Positions 25,901-38,343 of a stretch of DNA of 64,000 nucleotides are shown here, in pieces. Source of the stretch: Scyliorhinus canicula. Its lineage: Eukaryota. The notes beneath the pieces were generated by a model that was not told where the DNA came from, did no database searches, and worked only from the letters and a program-made list of their open reading frames with translations. A program made the translations under genes and the position numbers. Every line of letters begins with the position of its first letter. Within the stretch, counting starts at the first letter, position 1. The stretch lies in assembly GCF_902713615.1 (NCBI RefSeq), contig NC_052164.1, positions 39,791,091 through 39,855,090 on the forward strand, read 5' to 3'.

Positions 25901-27522
25901 CCAAGTGCCTCCATTGGTGTATTCTTCTCTTCTGCCTTTGAGGGAGAAGAGTAACGGCAAGTTTACCAGACTCCATGTTTTGTTCTTTCTCCTCACTGAA
26001 ATATCAAAGAGAGAGACTTGACGCTTAGCTTCTGCCTCCTCAAGACCACTCATTGCCCATTCAATTATCTGAAAGTGCCTCTCAAAGCCCACTGACTCAT
26101 GTTCTGGTCACCACATTGATGCCCAGTCCTTCATTCGCATGATCATTGAGCAAAACCCACACCACCTTTGCCCCACACCACATGACTGAGTGGCCACAGC
26201 TTTGGCCACTCTATTGCATTCTAAGCTCACATCTCAGGTGCAAGCATTGTCCCAAGCTTCACTTCCAAGCTTTGCACTCAACTTGGTCTATGGGGGACAC
26301 TTATCAATACGCAACTCAACACAGAGCCAAGGGGTAGAAGAACTCTCCTTGTGCATTACCAACTCACTCAGGGAATATAGTTGCTTGATAATCGGCCAAA
26401 GGGCAGTCAGCGATTTTGGAAGTCAGTGAGCCAAGGGTGAACTGCTGAGTAGCACTCAGTGGCACTCCGACACATAGGTGGTCTCCCTCATGTGAAAGGA
26501 TGATCACTCTAGGTATGAGGCTGATAATGAGATGAAAATATATACAAGTCAGATTCCTGACATTGAACAACAGGAAATGCCATTCGCAGGAGAGGAACAA
26601 TCATGGCAAGCTTTCACACTGATGTAAAACGCAACTTTGGCCTTCTCGCGATATTTTCTGCTCCCATTGCCGAACATGCCTAACGCTAACTGGAGCACAA
26701 AATCCTGCCCATAAGGCTAGAAATACCTGCCCAAAATGCTCGAAATACACCTGTGGGAAGAGAAACATGAGTTAACATTTCAGGTTAATGACCTTCCAAT
26801 GGAACTGGGGAAAGTTAGAGATGTAGTAGGTTTTTGAGTGAGGAGTTGGTGGGGCAAGAACAAAAGGAAATCTGTGATAGGGTGCAAGACAAGAGAGAAT
26901 GAATGACAGAGGAGTTGGTAGTAGTCGATGGAAGAGACTACATGGAACGCCTGGTAGGCTGGATAAGAACAAAGTTTATTTACACTACACACAATACCAC
27001 AAGCACTACAACTCCTCACCCCGAAGGGACACCCTCCCTGACCTGCACCCAGGCCAGGGTTTATACACTGTGAAGCTCCTCCCAGTCAGGGGGAGGCTCC
27101 ACCCCCTCAATTACAGGGTGAGTTCATATTCCATGGTGTAGGAGGGGAATCGGATATATTGGAAGAGGACATTCAAAAACAGCACAGGAAATGTCCAGTG
27201 TTTGTTCTGCCTGGGAACCTTTTAGACTCGCCAAAAAATACAGTCTGACGCCTATTCTTCCAAAGGCTGCCTTGCATCACTAATGCTTCTCAATTATACA
27301 ACTGCAATCAGGCTTGTGTTCCCACAATCAACAAGCTGCAGTGAGACATTCACAGCAGAGGTAACAAGGCAATTAGAAATCTTAATACTACCTGGCTGAC
27401 AACATTGGTTTCTGAAAAGGAAATCGTGTTTGACAAATTTATTTGTGTTTTTAAGGATACAACAAGCAAGGAGTAGATGTAGTGTATTTGGATTTCTAAA
27501 GGCCATTCAATAAGGTGCCACA

Positions 27523-28458
27523 ATGCGGGACTTCCTTACTAAACAGGTGTCAACCTTCCCGCTCCTACCGCTTAGAGGGATTCAGGACAGGGTAGTTTCT
27601 AGAGGGTGGGTAGGAGAAAGGAACATCTCGGACATTTATAAGGAGCTTATGGGGTCAGAGGAGACGCAGAACAAGGAGCTGAAGGGCAAGTGGGAGGAGG
27701 AGCTGGGAGGTGAGTAGAGGATGGTGTATGGGCAGACGACTTGAGTAGAGTCAACGAGTCTGAAACATGTGCCAGGCTCAGCCTGATACAATTTAAGGTT
27801 GTTCACCGGGCTCACATGACAGTGGCCTGGATGAGCAGATTCTTTGGGGTGGAGGACAGGTGCGCAAAATGTGTGGGAGGACCGGAGACCATGTCCACAT
27901 GTTTTGGACATGCCCGAAGCTTAGGGGATTTTGGAAGGGGCCTCCGGATGTCAAGTCCGCGGTGTTAAAAACAAGGGTGGCGCTGAGTCCAGAGATGGCA
28001 ATTTTCAGGGTGTCAGAAGACCCGGGAATCCAGGAGGAGAAAGAGGCAGACGTTCTGGCCTTTGCTTCCCTGGTAGCCCGGAGACAGATACTATTAACAT
28101 GGAGGGACTCAAGGCCCCCGAAGTCGCCGATCTGGCTATCGGCCATGCCTAGCTTTCTCTGCTTGGAGAAAATCAGGTTCGCCTTGAGAGGGTCACTGTT
28201 AGGGTTTGCCCGGAGGTGGCAACCGTTTGTCAACTTCTTTGCGGGAAATTAATCATCAGCAGACTGAGGGGTGTTGGGTGGGGGGGAGGGGGGGGTGGGG
28301 TTGTAGTTTACATTAGAGTAGGTGGTCAATAAGGGTGGGACCTATACGAAAGGTAAATGGCTTTTGCACTGTGATTGTGGGGTTTCATGTATATTTGTTT
28401 ATTTTGTTGTCACTATACCAAAAATACCTCAATAAAACGTTTATTTTTTTTAAAAAAA
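27523..28458 (+). mobile_element. 5'-truncated L1-clade LINE 3' end inserted in CR1
   Basis: CARLSLIQFKVVHR, HMFWTCPKL, FASLVARR..KIRFALRGS; G-rich 3'UTR, AATAAA and A tail. Confidence 0.88.
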
Positions 28459-28543
28459 GCTTCGACACAAGAAAATAGTTTATCGTGTTGAAGATGATAT
28501 ATTAGCATGGACAGAGGACTGGCTATCTAACTGAAAACCAAGA

Positions 28544-28833
28544 GAACATACAACATACAGTGCAGAAGGCGGCCATTCGGCCCATCGACTCTGCACCGAC
28601 CCACAAGCCCTCACTTCCACCCTATCCCCGTAACCCAATTACCCCTACTAACCTTTGTTTTGGTCACTAAGGGCAATTTATCATGGCCAATCCACCCAAC
28701 CTACACGTCTTTGGACTGTGGGAGCACCCGGAGGAAACCCATGCAGACATGGGGAGAACATGCAGACTCCACACAGACAGTGACCCTGGTGCTATGAAGC
28801 CACAGTGCTATCCACTTGTGCTACCGTGCTGCC
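28544..28833 (-). mobile_element. HE1 SINE (part of the duplicated GH-intron segment)
   Basis: Reverse-strand SINE contiguous with 335 bp that match 59920-60256. Confidence 0.88.
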
Positions 28834-28834
28834 G

Positions 28835-29169
28835 AATGAAGAGACACATAAGTTAGGCACGGTCAGAGATAAGGGAAGATGCAGGTCAAAGAACACCCTA
28901 TATTGTAAGATTGGCCCGTGAAATCAACAGGAATGGAAGAGGTTTGTATCTGAGCATCAGGAGGAAAGGCAAGGATTCCGTTGACTCCGAACTTCAGAGG
29001 AGTTTGAAGTTGCTCTATTTTGGCACCGGGCGAGTTGCTGAATTAAAATGCAACACCAGCCTCGCAAACCTAAAGCAGTGGTGAGTTTGGGAATAATTTC
29101 TAGCAATGTCCCAGATCTTAAGGGACCGCACGTCTATTGTCGAATGATGTTCATTGTTAATTTTAAATC
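28835..29169 (-). repeat. Inverted copy of GH intron 1 sequence 59920-60256
   Basis: About 17 differences in ~335 bp by manual alignment (~95% identity). Confidence 0.93.
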
Positions 29170-30925
29170 AGTGGATCATTTTCAATCTGGCAAACTTAAC
29201 TAGTGGAGTACAGGAGGAGGGAGCTCAACTATCTATGGTTTATATTAATGACTTGGATGAAGGAACACACTGTATTGTAGCCAGATTTGCTGATGATACA
29301 AAGATAGGTAAGAAAACAAGTTGTGAGTAGGATACCAGGAGTCCTCAAAGGGTAGGTTAAGTGAGTGAGAAAACAAATTAGCTAATGAAGTATAATGTGA
29401 GAAAATGTGGTTGTCCACTTTGGCAGGAGGAATAGAAAAGCAGCATTAAAAATGCAAAGAGCCTACAGAATTCTGCGCGAGGTCTTGGTATCCTAAAATA
29501 TGAATCACAAGAATTCAGCATGTAGATACAGCAAGTAATTAGGAAGCCAAATGCAATTTCAAAATATGCAGTTTACCATTGAAAGGTGGAGATGAAAATG
29601 AAAATCGCTTATTGTCACGAGTAGGCTTCAATGAAGTTACTGTGAAAAGCCCCTAGTCGCCACATTCCGGCGCCTGTTCGGGGATGAGGAGGAATTTCTT
29701 CTCTCAGGTGATTGTTAGTGTTTGGAACTCCCGTCCTTGGCGAACAATGGAGTCTGGGTTATTGAACGTATTCAAGACTGAGTTAGATATGTTTTTGACT
29801 GAAAAGAAAGTCGAGGGTTGTGGGGAGCAGGCAGGATAGTGGAGTTAAAGTCACAATTAGATCAGCTATGATCTTACTGAATGGTGGAGCAAGCTCGAGG
29901 GGCCTAATGGCTTACTCCTACTGCTATTTTTTATGTTCATATGTAGTTTATCTTTGGACAGATCATAAAACAAGAAATTATTGGAGCTTGTAACAAAGGC
30001 AATGTGATAATTGTGGGGGACTCTAATTTTCATATCACCTCGGCAAATCAAATTGGCATAAGGAGCCTGGAAAGTTTGGAGAATGTTTTCATGAGAGTTT
30101 GCAGGAGCAATCTGTTGGAATACCAATTAGGGATAAAGCTATTTTTGATCCAGTATTGTACAATGAGGCAAGGTTAACTAGTCAACTTATTATAAAAGAT
30201 CTATTGGAAAAAAGTGATCATAATGAAATTGAATTACTTACTAAGTTCAAAAGTGACATGCTGTAGTCCCATATGAGAGTGGGCAGCACGGTAGCACAAG
30301 TGGATAGCACTGTGGCTTCACAGCACCTGGGTCCCAGGTTCGATTCCCCGCTGGGTCACTCTCTGTGCGGTGTCTGCACGTTCTCCCTGTGTCTGTGTGG
30401 GTTTCCTCCGGGGGCTCTGGTTTCCTCCCACAGTCCAAAGACGTGCAGGTTAGGTGGATTGGCCATGATACATTGCCTTTAGTGTTCCAAAAAATGTTAG
30501 GAGTTATTGGGTTACTGGGATAGGGTGGAAGTGAGGGCTTCAGTGGGTCGGTGCAGACTCGATGGACCGAATGGCCTCCTTCTGCACTGTATGTTCTATG
30601 TTCTATGAGAGTCTTAAAATTAAATAAAATCAGTTACAACAGTGTGAGGTGAGAGCTGTCTGAGGTTGACTGGTAAATAGACTGAAAGATATGGTAATAA
30701 ATAAACAGTAGTAAATATTTAATGATACAATTCAAGATAGTCAACAAAAAGACATTCCGTGTAAAAACAGAAACACAGCAAGAAAGATCCATCCACAGCT
30801 TCCTAAGAAAATTAAGGCTGGTATTTGATTAAACTAAGAATCATGTAATGTCGCAAAGGATAGTCGTAAGTTTGAGAAGCTGGAATGTTTTAAAACAGCA
30901 AAAGGCCACCTAAAAGTTGATAAAA
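29170..30925 (+). mobile_element. Old CR1 LINE fragments (continuing 27380-27520 and 28460-28540)
   Basis: YINDLDEG..RFADDTKIG remnant, CR1 3' end at about 29690-29940, endonuclease-region remnant IIVGDSNF at about 30005. Confidence 0.7.
30281..30603 (+). mobile_element. HE1 SINE, full length, 9-bp TSD
   Basis: TATGAGAGT at 30272-30280 and 30604-30612. Confidence 0.9.
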
Positions 30926-31371
30926 GCTCTCACAATAAAATATTCTGTAAAGGAAGGAAAGAACAAAGGAAACAATGTTACTACATAAAATTGCTCCCTT
31001 GGTAATTCTTCACTGTGCAATGAGTGAAATTTTTTCATTCCAGAATGTTAAGTAGAGTTTATTTTAAATTTTTCCAATTAAGGGGCAATTTAACATGCAC
31101 ATTTTCGGGTTGTGGAGGTGAGACTCACGCAGACACAGGAAGAAAGTTAAGTAGAGTTACCGTTTCTTCTGTTTGCCTTGCCCACAATACACTGCAGTGT
31201 ATATGGGTGAACACTGAGGAAGCGTATTTTGGGATATAACGGGATGACTGTGAGGGAGTTCGTAAGATGTGCACACAAGAAACACTTGCCTGTGAATTGA
31301 TTATAGTGGTGATGGATTGTGCTTGGTCAGTCCCACTCTCAGTCATGCACATCTGTTATCGTGACTGGAGA

Positions 31372-31597
31372 TGTGGATTGCGATTTAACGCTAAAAATCA
31401 GAGTCCCGTTTTGGGCGCGCAGAGTGGGGTGCTTCTCGACGCCTGCAGCGCCAAGAACGACCGCGCTATGAAACGGAACTCTACTTTTTGGGGGTCACGG
31501 TTGGGAATGCCCCACCGAGGCCACACTTACCTCATATTCTGCACTGACGAGTTCAGCTTGTCAGTGCAGCAAGAGATTGGGGTGACAATTTTAAATT
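31372..31597. mobile_element. Fragment of a CpG-rich Harbinger-type MITE
   Basis: GCGATTTAACG..TCCCGTTTTGGGCGCG; CpG-rich; ends abruptly next to the truncated L1. Confidence 0.4.
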
Positions 31598-31611
31598 AGT
31601 AGTTAATAAAC

Positions 31612-34600
31612 TTCGGGAGGGCCATACCCCCCCAATCCCCATGCCCCCGCTGCAGCAGCACCTTCTTCACCCACGGGATTTTACCCGCCCAAACAAATCC
31701 CGAGATCTCTGTATTCACCTTTTGAAGAACTACTGGGGGATAAAAATTGGGAGGCTCTGAAAAACAAACAAAAACCTTGGGAGGACCATCATTTTAACTG
31801 TCTGTACCCTCCCCGCAAATGACAACAGGAGCACATCGCACCTCCGAAAGTCCCCCCTCATCTGATCTACCAACCGACCCAAATTTAGCTTATGCAGCTT
31901 CTCCCAACCCCGCGCCACCTGGATACCCAAATATCAAAAGCTCCCTCTCGCCACCTTGAATGGCATCTCACCAAATCTCTTCACCTGCCCCCTTGCCTGG
32001 ATCGCAAAGACCTCACTCTTCTCCATATTCAATTTGTATCCCGAAAACCAGCCAAATTCTTCTAATATCCCCATAATCCCTCCAATTCCCCTCAGCGGGT
32101 TCGATGTGTACAACAGCAGATCGTCCACGTAGAGCGAGACCCTGTGTTCCACGCACCCCCCAGCCCCGTACTATCTCCTGCCAGACGCTCGACACCCTCA
32201 ACATCAATGCCAACGGCTCTATTGCCAAGGCAGAAAACAGTGGGGAAAGTGGACATCCCTGCCTCGTCCCTCGGTACATCCTGAACTAGTCCAATCTCAC
32301 CCGATTCGTCCGCAAGCTTGCCACCGGTGCCTGGTACAGCAATCGAACCCAATCCACAAATCCCTGTCCAAAACCAAACCGCCCTGGGACCTCCCATAAG
32401 TATTCCCACTCCACCCAATCAAAGGCCTTCTCTGCGTCCATGCCACCACCACCTAAACCTCACGCCCCTCTGGAGGCATCATAATTGCATTAAGGGCAGC
32501 ACGGTAGCATAGTGGTTAGCACCGTTGCCTCATAGCTCCAGGGTCCCAGGTTCGATTCCCAGCTGGGTCACTGTCTGTGCAGAGACTTCACGTTCTCCCA
32601 TATCTGCGTGGGTTTCCTTCGGGTGCTCCGGTTTCCTCCCACAGTCCAAAGATGTGCGGGTTAGGTGGATTGGCCATGCTAAATTACTCTTAGTGTCCAA
32701 AAAGGTTAAGTGGGTGTTACTGGGTTACGGGGATAGGGTAGATATGTGGGCTTGAGTAGGGTGTTCTTTGTAAGGGTTGGTGCGGACTCGATGGGCCGAA
32801 TGGCCTCCTTCTGCACTGTAAATTCTATGATCTATGACATTAAGCAACCTCCTGATGTTGGTCGTCAAGTTCCGCCGCTTAACAAACCCCGTCTGGTCCT
32901 CCCCTATTACCCCTGGGATGCAGTCCTCGTTCCTTGTGGCCAGGATCTTCGCCAAGCGTTTGGCATCCACATTTAACAGGGAGATCGGCCTATACGACAC
33001 ACAATTTTCCGGATCCTTATCCCGTTTTAAGATGAGGGAGATCGACGCCTGTGACAATGTCGCGGGGAGCACTCCCAACTCTTTTACCTTATTGAAGGCC
33101 CCGAGAACTTCCAACAGAATTTCACCGGGTACCCGTCCGGTCCCAGGGCTTTACCCGCTTGCATCGCCTCCAACCCCTCTACCACTTCTATGAGCCCAAT
33201 TGGGGCCCCCAACCCCTTCACCAGTTCCTCATCAAGCTTCGGGAACTCAAGCCCACCCAGAAACCTCCTCATCGTCTCTTCCCCGCCTGGGGGGTTTCGA
33301 CTTATACAACTTACTATAAAACTCCCCAAAACACCGCATTCACCCCCACAGGGTCCAAGACCATGTTCCCTCCTGTGTCCTTCACTTTCCAAATTTCTCT
33401 CATTGCCTCCTGCTTCCTCAACTGGTGTGCTAACATCCCGCTCGCTTTCTCCCCATACTCATATACCTCCCCTCTCACCCTTCGCAACTGCCCAACCGCC
33501 TTACCCGTGGTTAACAACCCAAACTCCATTTGCAGCCTCTGGCGTTCCTTTAACAGCCCTTCCTCCGGGGCCTCTGCATATCTTCTGTCCACCTGCAGGA
33601 TTTCCTCCACTAGCCTTTCCATCTCCACCTTCTGCGCTTTCTCCCTGTGTGCCCGAATCGAAATAAACTTCACCCCGACAACTGCTTTCAGTGCCTCCCA
33701 GACCACTCCTGCCAAAACATCTCTGTGTCATTAAACTCAACATACCACCGGATGGCCTTCCTCACCCGCTCGCAAACCTCTTCCTCCACTAACAGCCCCA
33801 CATCCAACCTCCATTGCGGACGTGGCCCTCTCTCTTGCTCACTCATAAACCCATCCAGTGCAGGGCATGGTCCGACACCACGATTGCCGAATATTCAAAA
33901 TCCACCACCACTGCCAACAACGTCTTATCCACCGCAGAAACTCTATTCAGAAGTACAGCTTGTGCACATGGGAGTAAAACAAAAAAAATTTCATCCCCAC
34001 CTCCCCCCCCCTCCATGTGCTCCATGAACCCCCAAAGCTTCTTAGCTGTAGCCGACACCCTCCCTGACCTTGAACGCGACTGGTTCAATCTTGGATCCAG
34101 GATCATATTAAAGTCCCCCCGATAAGCAGCCAATGAGAGTCCTTGTCCGGACTCTTCCCCAGCACCCGCCTTATAAATTCCACATCGAACCAGTTTGGGG
34201 CATAGATGTTGACTAACACCACCGACATACCATCCAATTTCCCGTTTACCATAACGTACTTCCCCCCAGAGTCCGTCACTATATTACTCAACTCGAACTC
34301 CACCCGTTTATTGAGCAAAATCACCACTCCTTTCATTTTAAAATCCAACCCTGAATGAAACACTTGCCCTCCCTATCCCTTTCTCACCCTAATCTGGTCC
34401 CCCACTTTCAGGTGCGTCTCTTGTAGCATGGCCACATCCGCCTTCAATCGCTTTAAGTGTGCAAACTCACGGGCCCTCTTGACTGGCCCATTCAATCCTT
34501 GCATGTTCCACGTGACCAGCCTGGCTTGGGGCACCCTGCCCCCCCCCCCCCCCCCCCCCCCCCGCCTCCACCCCTGTCGATCAACCATAGTCCCTCTTGG

Positions 34601-35842
34601 GGCAGCCTCCGGCCTGTTTCCCGCACCGCCCCAGGCCTGCTCCCGTCGCCCACCGTCATCAATCCTCCTCCTCTTATACTCTAAATGCCCTTCCCCTGTC
34701 AGCAGTACCTCCATACCCCCCCCCACCCCAGATCTACGAGCAACAGCCCCTGCCCCCATGTACCCACTGGTCTTCCACTCACCCCCCATTGCGCTTCCAT
34801 GAACTAGCCCGCCCAACTAGCCTGGCGGCCGCTGCCCATGGCACCTAGCATCCTACCCTCCGCTGATTCCAAAGCCTACCCTCCACTGATTTGATTGAAT
34901 TCAAAGTCAACCTTCCCCTGCCAGTCCATTGTCTCTGACAAATTCTACCGCCTCCTCCGCCGAGTACAGTTCCCAGCCTTCATAGGCCACCCACAGATGT
35001 GCCGGGTACAGTAGCCCAAACTTCACCCCCTTCTTCTGGAGGGCTGCCTTGACCCTGTTGAAGTCTGCCTGGCCCACCTCATAATTCGCACCTTGACCAG
35101 GAACCGGTGCAACCACACCACCATCGCACTCGGCAGCTCATTCCTCTGGGGCTTCCTCATTAGTGCTCTGTGCGCTCGATCCACCTCCAACGGCCATGCA
35201 AACGCACCCTCTCCAAGCAGCTTCTCCAGCATCATCTCCATGTACACACCAGTTTCACTCCCTTCCGGCAGGCCCATGATCCTTATATTCTGCCTGCATG
35301 ACCAGTTCTCTAGGTCCTCGGCCTTCTCCTGAAGCCACTTCTGCTGATCGCGCATCAGCCCTATCTCCGCTGCCATCAAGGCAATCTGCTCCGCATGCTC
35401 TCCTGCCATCTCCTCCATCTTCTGGATTGCCTGACCCTGGGCCGCCAGCTTCGTTTCCACGCTGTCGACCACCGCCTTGATCGATCCACCGCCCAGGCCG
35501 GGTCCTCCAGACACTCCTTCTGTTGCTGGGTGAACATCTCATTTAAGAAGCTCACCAGTTGGTCCATTGACCACTGAGCTGGCAGGGCCGCTCCCTGCCC
35601 CTCCAGCACCTCCACGTACGTTTCAGGCACGGTACCAGTTCCAACGGACTGATTCCCTCTTTTTTGACCGGTTCTGCCTCTCAGCTCCATACACCAAAGG
35701 GTCAACCTCTTCCCCTCACTCTCCAGCACCTATATTCCACCTCGCATACACCTGTTAACAGGGGAAAAGGTCCGAAAAAAACGCCATGAGCGGGAGCCAA
35801 CAAATGTGCGAGCAGTCACTCCATGGTCGCAACGGAAGTTGT
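31612..35842 (-). mobile_element. Decayed L1-clade LINE, 5' end present, 3' end missing
   Basis: ORF1 relics (34907-35729). ORF2 relics LVTWNMQGLN, QETH, GDFN, SDH, YRPISLLN, QGCPLSP, LYVDD. 5' terminal ACTTCCGT motif. Confidence 0.9.
32494..32837 (+). mobile_element. HE1 SINE inserted in L1 ORF2
   Basis: Full SINE with TSD CATTAAG; splits the L1 motif RRLLNV.M. Confidence 0.9.
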
Positions 35843-35857
35843 CAGGAGAATTTATAA

Positions 35858-37780
35858 TAGAACAAAGAACAAAGAAAATTACAGCACAGGAACAGGCCCT
35901 TCGGCCCTCCCAGCCTGCGCCGATCCAGATCCTTTATCTAAACCTGTCTCCTATTTTCCAAGGCCTACTTCCGTTCATATACCTCTCCAGATGCATCTTA
36001 AATGATGCTATCGTGCCCGCCTCTACCACCTCCGCTGGTAAAGCGTTCCAGGCACCCACCACCCTCGACGTAAAAAACTTTCCACGCATATCTCCCTTAA
36101 ACTTTCCCCCTCTCACCTTGAAATCGTGACCCCTTGTAACTGACACCCCCACTCTTGGGAAAAGCTTGTTGCTATCCACCCTGTCCATACCTCTCATAAT
36201 TTTGTAGACCTCAATCAGGTCCCCCCTCAACCTCCGTCTTTCCAACAAAAACAATCCTAATCTACTCAAACTTTCTTCATAGCTAGCACCTCCATACCAG
36301 GCAACATCCTGGTGAACCTCCTCTGCACCCTCTCCAAAGCATCCACATCCTTCTGGTAATGTGGCGACCAGAACTGCACGCAGTATTCCAAATATGGCCG
36401 AACCAAAGTCTTATACAACTGTAACATGACCTGCCAATTCTTGTACTCAATACCCCTGCCGATGAAGGCAAGCATGCTGTATGCCTTCTTGACCACTCTA
36501 TCCACCTGCGTTGCCACCTTCAGGGTACAATGGACCTGAACTCCCAGATCTCTCTGTACATCAATTTTCCCCAAGACCCTTCCATTGACCATACAGTCCG
36601 CTCTTGAATTTGATCTTCTAAAATGCATCACCTCGCATTTGTCTGGATTGAACTCCATCTGCCATTTCTCTGCCCAACTCTCCAATCTATCTATATTTTG
36701 TTATATTCTCTGACAGTCCTCCTCGCTATCTGCAACTCCACCAATCTTAGTATCATCTGCAAACTTGGTAATCAGACCGCCTATACCTTCCTCCAGGTCA
36801 TTTATGTAGATCAAACAACAGTGGTCCGAGCACGGATCCCTGTGGAACACCACTAGTCACCCTTCTCCATTTTGAGACACTCCCTTCCACCACTACTCTC
36901 TGTCTCCTGTTGCCCAGCCAGTTCTTTATCCATCTAGCTAGTACACCCTGAACCCCATACGACTTCACTTTTTCCATCAACCTGCCATGGGAAACCTTAT
37001 CAAACGCCTTACTAAAGTCCATGTATATAGCATCTACAGCCCCTCCCTTTGTCACTTCCTCAAAAAATTCTATTAGGTTTGTAAGACGACATTCCCTGCA
37101 CACAGCCATGCTGCCTATCACTGATAAGTCTATTTTTTTCCAGATGTGAATAGATCCTATCCCTCAGTATCTTCTCCAACAGTTTGCCTGCCACTGACGT
37201 CAAGCTCACAGGTCTATAATTCCCTGGATTATCCCTGCTACCCTTCTTAAATAAAGGGACAACATTAGCAATTCTCCAGTCCTCCGGGACCTCACCCGTG
37301 CTCAAGGATGCTGCAAAGATATCTGTTAAGGCCCCAGCTATTTCGACCCTCGCTTCCCTCAGTAACCTGGGATAGATCCCATCCAGTCCAGGGGACTTGT
37401 CCACCTTAATGTCTTTTAGAATACCCAAAACTTCCCCCTTCCGTATGACAACTTGACCTAGAGTATTTAAACATCCATCCCTAGCCTCAACATCCATCTT
37501 GTCCCTCTCCTTTGTGAATACCGATGCAAAGTACTCATTAAGAATCTCACCCAATTCCTCTGAGTCCGCGCATAAATTTCCTCTTTTGTCTTTGATTGGG
37601 CCAATCCTTTCTCTAGTTACCCTCTTGCTCCTTACATACGAATAAAAGGCTTTGGGATTTTCCTTAACCCTGTTAGCCAAAGATATTTCATGACCCCTTT
37701 TAGCCCTCTTTATTGCGCGTTTGAGATTCGTCCTACTTTCCCGATATTCCTCTAAAGCTTCATCAGTTTTGAGTTGCCTC
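35858..37780 (-). mobile_element. CR1 (HER1-like) LINE, 5'-truncated, relatively young
   Basis: ORFs 37060-37680, 36798-37121, 36266-36685 and 35934-36269 (PGNYRPVSLTS, DFSKAFD, GVPQGSVLGP, YCVQFWSP); (AAGAACA)n tail. Confidence 0.92.
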
Positions 37781-38163
37781 GATAGGTAACAGAGAAATGC
37801 ATAAAAGCCAAATGATTACTCATGTCTGTCTTTACTGAGGAAGATACAAGGGATCTCCCAGAATTAAACATCCAAGGGTCTAGGAGAATGAGGAATTGAA
37901 GGAAATTACTATTCATAGGAAGGTTGTGTCGGAGAACTTAGTAGAGCTGGAGTTTGATAAGTCCCTGAGACCTGATATTTGACATTGCAGAGTGTTGGAA
38001 GAGGCAGCTATGGAGATAGTGGTACATTGGTGATCATTTTCCAAAACGATATAGATTCTGGAACAGTTCCTGCGGATTGTAAGGTAACAAATGTCACACC
38101 ACTATTTAAGAACAGTAAGAAGTCTTACAACACCAGGTTAAAGTCCAACAGGTTTGTTTCAAA

Positions 38164-38198
38164 CACGAGCTTTCGGAGCACGGCTCCTTCTTCAGGTG
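38164..38198 (-). ncRNA. Minimal type I hammerhead ribozyme motif
   Basis: The reverse strand reads CAC CTGAAGA A GGAGC-CGT-GCTCC GAAA GCTC GTG. Confidence 0.75.
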
Positions 38199-38343
38199 AA
38201 TGGAAAGGCTTGTTCCAGAAATGTTTATATAGACACAGTCAGAGATGCCCCGGAATGCGAGCACCTGCAGGCAATCAAATCATCAAAGATGCAGAGAGAG
38301 AGGTAACTCCAGGTTAAAGAGGTGTGAATTGTCCCAAGCCAGT

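Larger units (their letters stand above)
23065..26710. mobile_element. Decayed two-gene PIF/Harbinger transposon (~3.6 kb)
   Basis: TIR GGGCTAGATTTTG / CAAAATCCTGCCC. Transposase relic on the - strand with a convergent second ORF relic on the + strand. Interrupts a Penelope-type 3' remnant. Confidence 0.75.

Noticed and set aside
26915-27145. Further small solo LTR
   Set aside because: It has LTR-like signals on the - strand, but termini and TSD could not be defined.
27523-28458. Displaced 3' end of the truncated L1 at 31612-35842
   Set aside because: Opposite strand, 3 kb away, and embedded in its own CR1 host; an independent 5'-truncated insertion is simpler.
30281-30360. tRNA genes (A/B-box sequences here and at other SINE heads)
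   Set aside because: All continue into SINE bodies and tails; no complete cloverleaf.
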